Assembly: GCA_004010535.1 (NCBI GenBank) | Contig: RQYE01000003.1 | Coordinates: 192,936 to 224,935 of the forward strand | Length of the DNA stretch: 32,000 bases | Origin: Coriobacteriales bacterium OH1046 | Lineage (GTDB): Bacteria > Actinomycetota > Coriobacteriia > Coriobacteriales > Atopobiaceae | Reading direction: 5' to 3' | Shown here: piece by piece, positions 27,926 to 32,000 of the stretch | Layout: each line of letters begins with the position of its first letter | Position numbering within the stretch: position 1 is the first letter of the stretch | Notes under the pieces: model-generated | Seen by the model: only the letters and a program-made list of their open reading frames with translations | The model's database searches: none | What the model was told of the DNA's origin: nothing | Made by a program: the position numbers and the translations under genes

Positions 27926-30277
27926 ATGGACAAGCCGACCGGACAGGCCGAGGAGCGAGCCAAGGGCACGCCCGATGCCGCCAACTGGCGTCTTCTCGAA
28001 GAGGCCTGCGCGTCCTATCTCGATCCGTACGATGTCACCGCCATCAGGCGCGCGTACCGCTTCGCCGCAGATTACCATCGTTCCCAGAAGCGCAGGAGCG
28101 GCGAACCCTATATCAACCACCCCGTCGAAGTCGCCCTCATCCTCGCAGACGACCTCCATATGGATGCCGACTGCATCTGCGCTGCCCTCCTCCACGATAC
28201 GGTCGAGGATACCGACGCCTCCCTCGACGAGCTCACCGCCCGCTTCGGCGAGGACATAGCGGATCTCGTCGACGGCGTCACGAAGCTCACCAACATCGAG
28301 GTCTCATCCATGGACGAACGCCAGGCGCTCAATCTCCGCAAGATGTTCCTCGCCATGTCCAAGGATATCCGTGTGGTCATCATCAAGCTTGCGGACCGCC
28401 TGCACAACATGCGCACGCTTGCCGCGCTCAAACCCGAGAGGCGCCTGTTCAAGGCGCGCGAGACCATGGACGTCTACGCCCCGCTCGCCGATCGCCTGGG
28501 CATGTCCAGCGTCAAGTGGGAGCTCGAGGATCTGGCGTTCTTCTGGCTCGAACCCGAGGAGTACGAGCGCATCGCCCGCATGGTCCAGGACAGCCGCGCC
28601 CAGCGCGAGGCCGATACCGAGGCTGCCATCAAGACGCTCGATGACGAGCTCAGGAGCGTGGGGCTCACGGGTTATGCCATCAAGGGCCGCCCCAAGCACC
28701 TGTGGTCCATCTACCAGAAGATGACGCGCAAGGGCCGTGAGTTCTCCGATATCTACGACCTCATCGCGCTGCGCGTGATCACATCGTCGGTGGGCGATTG
28801 CTATTCGACGCTCGGCGCCGTCCACGCGCTCTGGCATCCCATGCCCGGCCGCTTCAAGGACTATATCGCCACGCCCAAGGCCAATCTCTACCAGTCGCTG
28901 CACACCACCGTCATCGGCCCCGACGGCCGCCCCATCGAGATCCAGATCCGCACCGAGGAGATGCACGAGGCCAGCGAATACGGTATCGCGGCCCACTGGC
29001 TCTACAAGAAGGACGGCAATTCGCGCGGCAGGATGAGCTCCGAGGATAGGAACGTCGATTCCACCATCCGCTGGATCCGGCAGAGCCTCAACTGGGCGGT
29101 CGAGGACGATATCGAGGATGCCCATGAGTACCTCGACGACCTCAAGGTCGACCTATTCGAGCACGAGATCTTCGTGTTCACGCCCAAGGGCGAGGTCATG
29201 AGCCTGCGTCGGGATTCCACGCCCCTCGATTTCGCCTATGCCGTCCACACCGAGGTGGGCAACCATTGCGTGGGCGCCAAGGTGAACGGCTCCGTCGTGC
29301 CCCTCACGCACAAGCTCGCGAGCGGCGACCGGGTCGAGATCCTCACCAACAAGAACGCCAAGCCCTCGCGCGACTGGATGTCCATCGTGGCAACGCCGTC
29401 CGCGCGCAACAAGATCCGCAAGTTCTTCACCGCCGAGAGCAAGACCGACGATGCCGAGCAAGGGCGCGGCGAGCTCGCCAAGGAACTGCGCAAGAAGGGT
29501 TACGGCATCTCCACGCAGCGCACGGTCAAAGCCCTCGCCAAGGTGCTCGAGCATTTCGATTACCGCAGCTCCGACGATCTCTTCGCCGCCATCGGCGCGG
29601 GCAAGCTCAATGCCAAGACCGTGGCCGCGAAGGTGAGCGAGGTCCTCGGGGAGGGCTCGCCCGAGCAGCTCGCCGCCGCGCGCAGGCAGGCCGAGCGCGA
29701 GGCTGCCATGAAGGCCGCTCTGAGCCAGGATATGCCGCTCATGCAGTCCTATGCCCTTGCGCGCACCGAGAAGGGCAAGAAGCACAAGAAGACCAGCTGC
29801 GGCGTCGTGGTCAAGGGCGATGCCGATCTGCTCGTCCATCTCGCGCACTGCTGCAATCCCGTGGCGGGTGACGAGATCGTGGGATTCATCACGCGCGGCC
29901 GCGGCGTGTCGGTGCATCGTGCCACCTGCCCCAACGTGGGCGCCCTCATGCAGAACCCCGAGCGCATGATCGACGTCGAATGGGACACCTCCGGTGCCAC
30001 CGAGTTCAGGGTCGAGATCGTGATCGAGGCCTCGGATCGCATGGGCCTGCTCAAGGATGTGACGATCGCCGTAGGCGAGGCCGGTGCCAACATCCTCTCC
30101 GCAGCCACCCAGGTAAGCTCCCAAGGTTTGGCGCGCCTGCGCTTCCTCGTAGCCATCTCCGATGCGAGCCTGCTCGATGCGCTGCTCGCGAGCGTGAGCC
30201 GCGTACCGTCCGTCTATGATGCGCGCCGCATCATGCCGGGAGAGGGCGCCAACCAGATGAGGCGGAGGATCAAGTGA
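27926..30277 (+). CDS. relA: Bifunctional (p)ppGpp synthetase/hydrolase RelA/SpoT (Rel)
   Basis: The HD hydrolase is HPVEVALIL...LLHDTVEDT. The synthetase is GRPKHLWSIYQKM...YDLIALRVI...FKDYIATPK. The TGS block is FVFTPKGEVMSLRRDSTPLDFAYAVHTEVG, followed by a C-terminal ACT-like domain. GGGGGAGG lies upstream of the ATG. Confidence 0.96.
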   Translation: MDKPTGQAEERAKGTPDAANWRLLEEACASYLDPYDVTAIRRAYRFAADYHRSQKRRSGEPYINHPVEVALILADDLHMDADCICAALLHDTVEDTDASLDELTARFGEDIADLVDGVTKLTNIEVSSMDERQALNLRKMFLAMSKDIRVVIIKLADRLHNMRTLAALKPERRLFKARETMDVYAPLADRLGMSSVKWELEDLAFFWLEPEEYERIARMVQDSRAQREADTEAAIKTLDDELRSVGLTGYAIKGRPKHLWSIYQKMTRKGREFSDIYDLIALRVITSSVGDCYSTLGAVHALWHPMPGRFKDYIATPKANLYQSLHTTVIGPDGRPIEIQIRTEEMHEASEYGIAAHWLYKKDGNSRGRMSSEDRNVDSTIRWIRQSLNWAVEDDIEDAHEYLDDLKVDLFEHEIFVFTPKGEVMSLRRDSTPLDFAYAVHTEVGNHCVGAKVNGSVVPLTHKLASGDRVEILTNKNAKPSRDWMSIVATPSARNKIRKFFTAESKTDDAEQGRGELAKELRKKGYGISTQRTVKALAKVLEHFDYRSSDDLFAAIGAGKLNAKTVAAKVSEVLGEGSPEQLAAARRQAEREAAMKAALSQDMPLMQSYALARTEKGKKHKKTSCGVVVKGDADLLVHLAHCCNPVAGDEIVGFITRGRGVSVHRATCPNVGALMQNPERMIDVEWDTSGATEFRVEIVIEASDRMGLLKDVTIAVGEAGANILSAATQVSSQGLARLRFLVAISDASLLDALLASVSRVPSVYDARRIMPGEGANQMRRRIK

Positions 30278-30912
30278 TGCCGGACGAGCTGCGCCAATAC
30301 GCCGTGGGCCCCCTCCAGACCAATTGCTACGCCTACATCAGCGCGGGCAGCTGCCTGATCGTCGATCCGGGCGCGTCGGGAGCGGCGCTCGCCGGCGCGC
30401 TCTCCGATACCGGGGTCGCGGCCATCGTCTGCACCCACGGTCACGGCGATCACGTGGGCGGCGTGGCGGCGCTCAAGGAGCAGACCGGCGCACCCTACCT
30501 GATCCACGCAGCTGATGAGGGAATCGCCCGCCATGCCGGCGAGGTTTCCGAGCTCGGCATCGCCTACGACGACGATGCGCCCGAGCCCGACGGGTTTCTC
30601 GCCGAGGGCAGCGTCATCGAGGTGGGAAGCGCCTCCTTCGCGGTCGTGGAGACGCCGGGCCACAGCCCGGGAAGCGTGTGCCTCGTCGGGCGGGGGAGTG
30701 CCGAGGGCATCGTGTTCACGGGCGATACGCTCTTCGCGGGCAGCCGTGGGCGCACCGATCTCGATGGGGGAGACGAGGCGCTCATCATGGCCTCGCTTAC
30801 GCGTCTCAAACGCGAGATCGCGCCCGCTTCCACGCTGCTTCCCGGTCACGGCCCCCCATCGACGATGGCCCATGAGCTGGAGACGAATCCCTATCTGAGC
30901 CGCATCCTTTAG
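30274..30912 (+). CDS. MBL-fold metallo-hydrolase (glyoxalase II-like)
   Basis: Contains CTHGHGDHVGG (the HxHxDH motif), TPGHSPGS, GDTLF and PGHG. Its start (GTG 30274 or ATG 30277) overlaps the relA TGA (30275-30277). Confidence 0.88.
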   Translation: MMPDELRQYAVGPLQTNCYAYISAGSCLIVDPGASGAALAGALSDTGVAAIVCTHGHGDHVGGVAALKEQTGAPYLIHAADEGIARHAGEVSELGIAYDDDAPEPDGFLAEGSVIEVGSASFAVVETPGHSPGSVCLVGRGSAEGIVFTGDTLFAGSRGRTDLDGGDEALIMASLTRLKREIAPASTLLPGHGPPSTMAHELETNPYLSRIL

Positions 30913-31274
30913 GTTTTCGGGTATCTCCCGTTTTGCAAAGGCAGACTCCCGGGAGCTGGGATCCGACCCACCCCGGATTCCCGTAGATCCATGTATCTGC
31001 GGAGACCCATGCACAGCCGTATTTCCGATGCAGGCTGTTCTCCGGCAGCATATCCTATCAAACAGCTGGGGAAGAAGATCCGTTGATGCAGTGCCTGCCG
31101 ATAGTGTCGTGAGAGGGATGCACTCCCTGCATCAGCTTCGGTCGATAAACATGATCCTTTGCGTCCCCCATCGTCGCGCTGCGGAAGGGCGGGATCCTCC
31201 GGGCATCCGACCTCTCGTTTCCGCAGTTCCCCCTTGCTCCAGACCGTTTTGCAGGTGCATCGTTCACCAAGCTA

Positions 31275-31303
31275 TTGACTTCATGTCGCCCTGCAATTAG
31301 CAT
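31275..31303 (+). promoter_or_regulatory. Sigma-70-like promoter for the ROK regulator gene
   Basis: -35 TTGACT (31275-31280), an exact 17-nt spacer, and -10 TAGCAT (31298-31303). It lies about 50 nt upstream of the GTG start. Confidence 0.55.
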
Positions 31304-31310
31304 GGAATAG

Positions 31311-31335
31311 ACTTTTTACGGGTTTCGTAAAAAGT
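31311..31335. promoter_or_regulatory. Perfect 10-bp inverted repeat, ACTTTTTACG-GGTTT-CGTAAAAAGT, between the -10 element and the Shine-Dalgarno
   Basis: Read directly from the sequence. It begins 8 nt after the -10 hexamer and ends 1 nt before the AGGGAGGAG Shine-Dalgarno. It is an operator-like site or a 5'-UTR hairpin. Confidence 0.55.
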
Positions 31336-31353
31336 AGGGAGGAGCAGATATCT

Positions 31354-32000
31354 GTGACTGAGAAATCTGATTTCCGAAATCGAAGACTCCTGCTTTTGCG
31401 CCTGTTAGACTACGGCAATGCCACCAAGCAAAATCTCGTGCAGTGGACTGGCCTGAGCAATACGACCGTGTCTGACGCTATCAACGCGATGCTCTCGACT
31501 GGCTTTGTCCGCGCTGCTGGCATGCAGAAATCGATTGGAGGCCGCCGATCCGTCATCTATTCCATCAACGGGGAATACGGGCAGTTCGCCGGTGTGGAGA
31601 TGTGGAGCCGGGGTGCTCGCATCACCATCTGCGATGCGCGCGGGCAGATCCAAAGCCATTTCCAAGTCTCGCGCCATCCGGACGAGCTATCTATCAATCT
31701 GCTGTATCGAGCCGTCGATATGCTCTTGGAGCGGCCGGATGCCGCCAACATCCTGGCTCTTGGCATCGGTGTTGAAGGGCGGATCGATTACCCTTCCCAA
31801 ATGGTGCTGAGAAGCGATTCGCTTGAATGGAAGAACGTCCCGCTGAAGGAAATCGTAGAGCGAAGAATCTATCTCCCGGTTTTTATCGACAGTACGATCA
31901 ACGGCCAAGTTTCCCTCCGCAAGTATACGCAAGGCGTTGAATGCCCCGCCCATTTCATGATCCTGAACGACCGGTTTCCGTGCAAAGCGGCGCTTTGCCT
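31354..32000 (+). CDS. ROK-family transcriptional regulator (NagC/XylR-like), partial; continues beyond the right edge
   Basis: Absent from the ORF track because no stop falls in the window. A GTG start follows AGGGAGGAG. The translation is VTEKSDFRNRRLLLLRLLDYGNATKQNLVQWTGLSNTTVSDAINAMLSTGFVRAAG (wHTH), then ...ALGIGVEGRIDY...VFIDSTINGQ (ROK sugar-kinase-like fold). Confidence 0.8.
   Translation, partial: MTEKSDFRNRRLLLLRLLDYGNATKQNLVQWTGLSNTTVSDAINAMLSTGFVRAAGMQKSIGGRRSVIYSINGEYGQFAGVEMWSRGARITICDARGQIQSHFQVSRHPDELSINLLYRAVDMLLERPDAANILALGIGVEGRIDYPSQMVLRSDSLEWKNVPLKEIVERRIYLPVFIDSTINGQVSLRKYTQGVECPAHFMILNDRFPCKAALC

Noticed and set aside
30927-31253. 10-nt direct repeat CCGTTTTGCA (30928-30937 and 31244-31253), plus shared ATCCGACC, considered as target-site duplications or ends of a small mobile element
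   Set aside because: The shared motifs occur in inconsistent order for either direct or inverted terminal repeats. They are short enough to be chance, and no transposase or coherent element lies between them.
31028-31303. 90-aa plus-strand and 81-aa minus-strand ORFs in the gap before the ROK gene
   Set aside because: They have no Shine-Dalgarno, an odd composition and mutually overlapping frames. The predicted promoter for the ROK gene lies inside them.

Overview
This is a high-G+C bacterial chromosomal window. My guess is Actinomycetota, class Coriobacteriia, based on the membrane-anchored LuxR regulator, the V-type pyrophosphatase and Firmicute-like queA/tgt/recJ/relA linkage; this is an inference, not verified. 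All domain calls were made by eye from motifs, without searches. The content is almost entirely housekeeping or accessory metabolism, with about 22 protein genes. I could recognise no rRNA, tRNA, CRISPR array, transposase or integrase. Gene order: hppA (partial, -); a co-directional minus-strand string of marR, two half-ABC exporters, a PHP/HisJ phosphoesterase and a GNAT::SLOG fusion; a Tat-lipoprotein amidohydrolase with an upstream membrane LuxR regulator (-); a 575-nt region with coding-like but startless fragments; an alpha/beta hydrolase (-); ppc (+); a MetRS-like class I ligase (-); class II aldolase, glutaredoxin, queH and queA (+); a roughly 118-bp compound palindrome; a tail-anchored coiled-coil protein (-); ptsH with a clean terminator; tgt; a 1225-aa RecJ-HIRAN-RecQ-like helicase fusion; relA/spoT; an MBL-fold hydrolase; then a lower-G+C segment with a promoter, an operator-like repeat and a partial ROK regulator. 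The most unusual item is the single open reading frame joining RecJ nuclease, a HIRAN domain and a RecQ-family helicase core. It is followed by the GNAT::SLOG (MoCo-carrier-like) fusion, the compound GTGAC palindrome, and the LuxR/amidohydrolase module. Many long ORFs in the supplied track are antisense or off-frame shadows typical of high-G+C DNA and were rejected.
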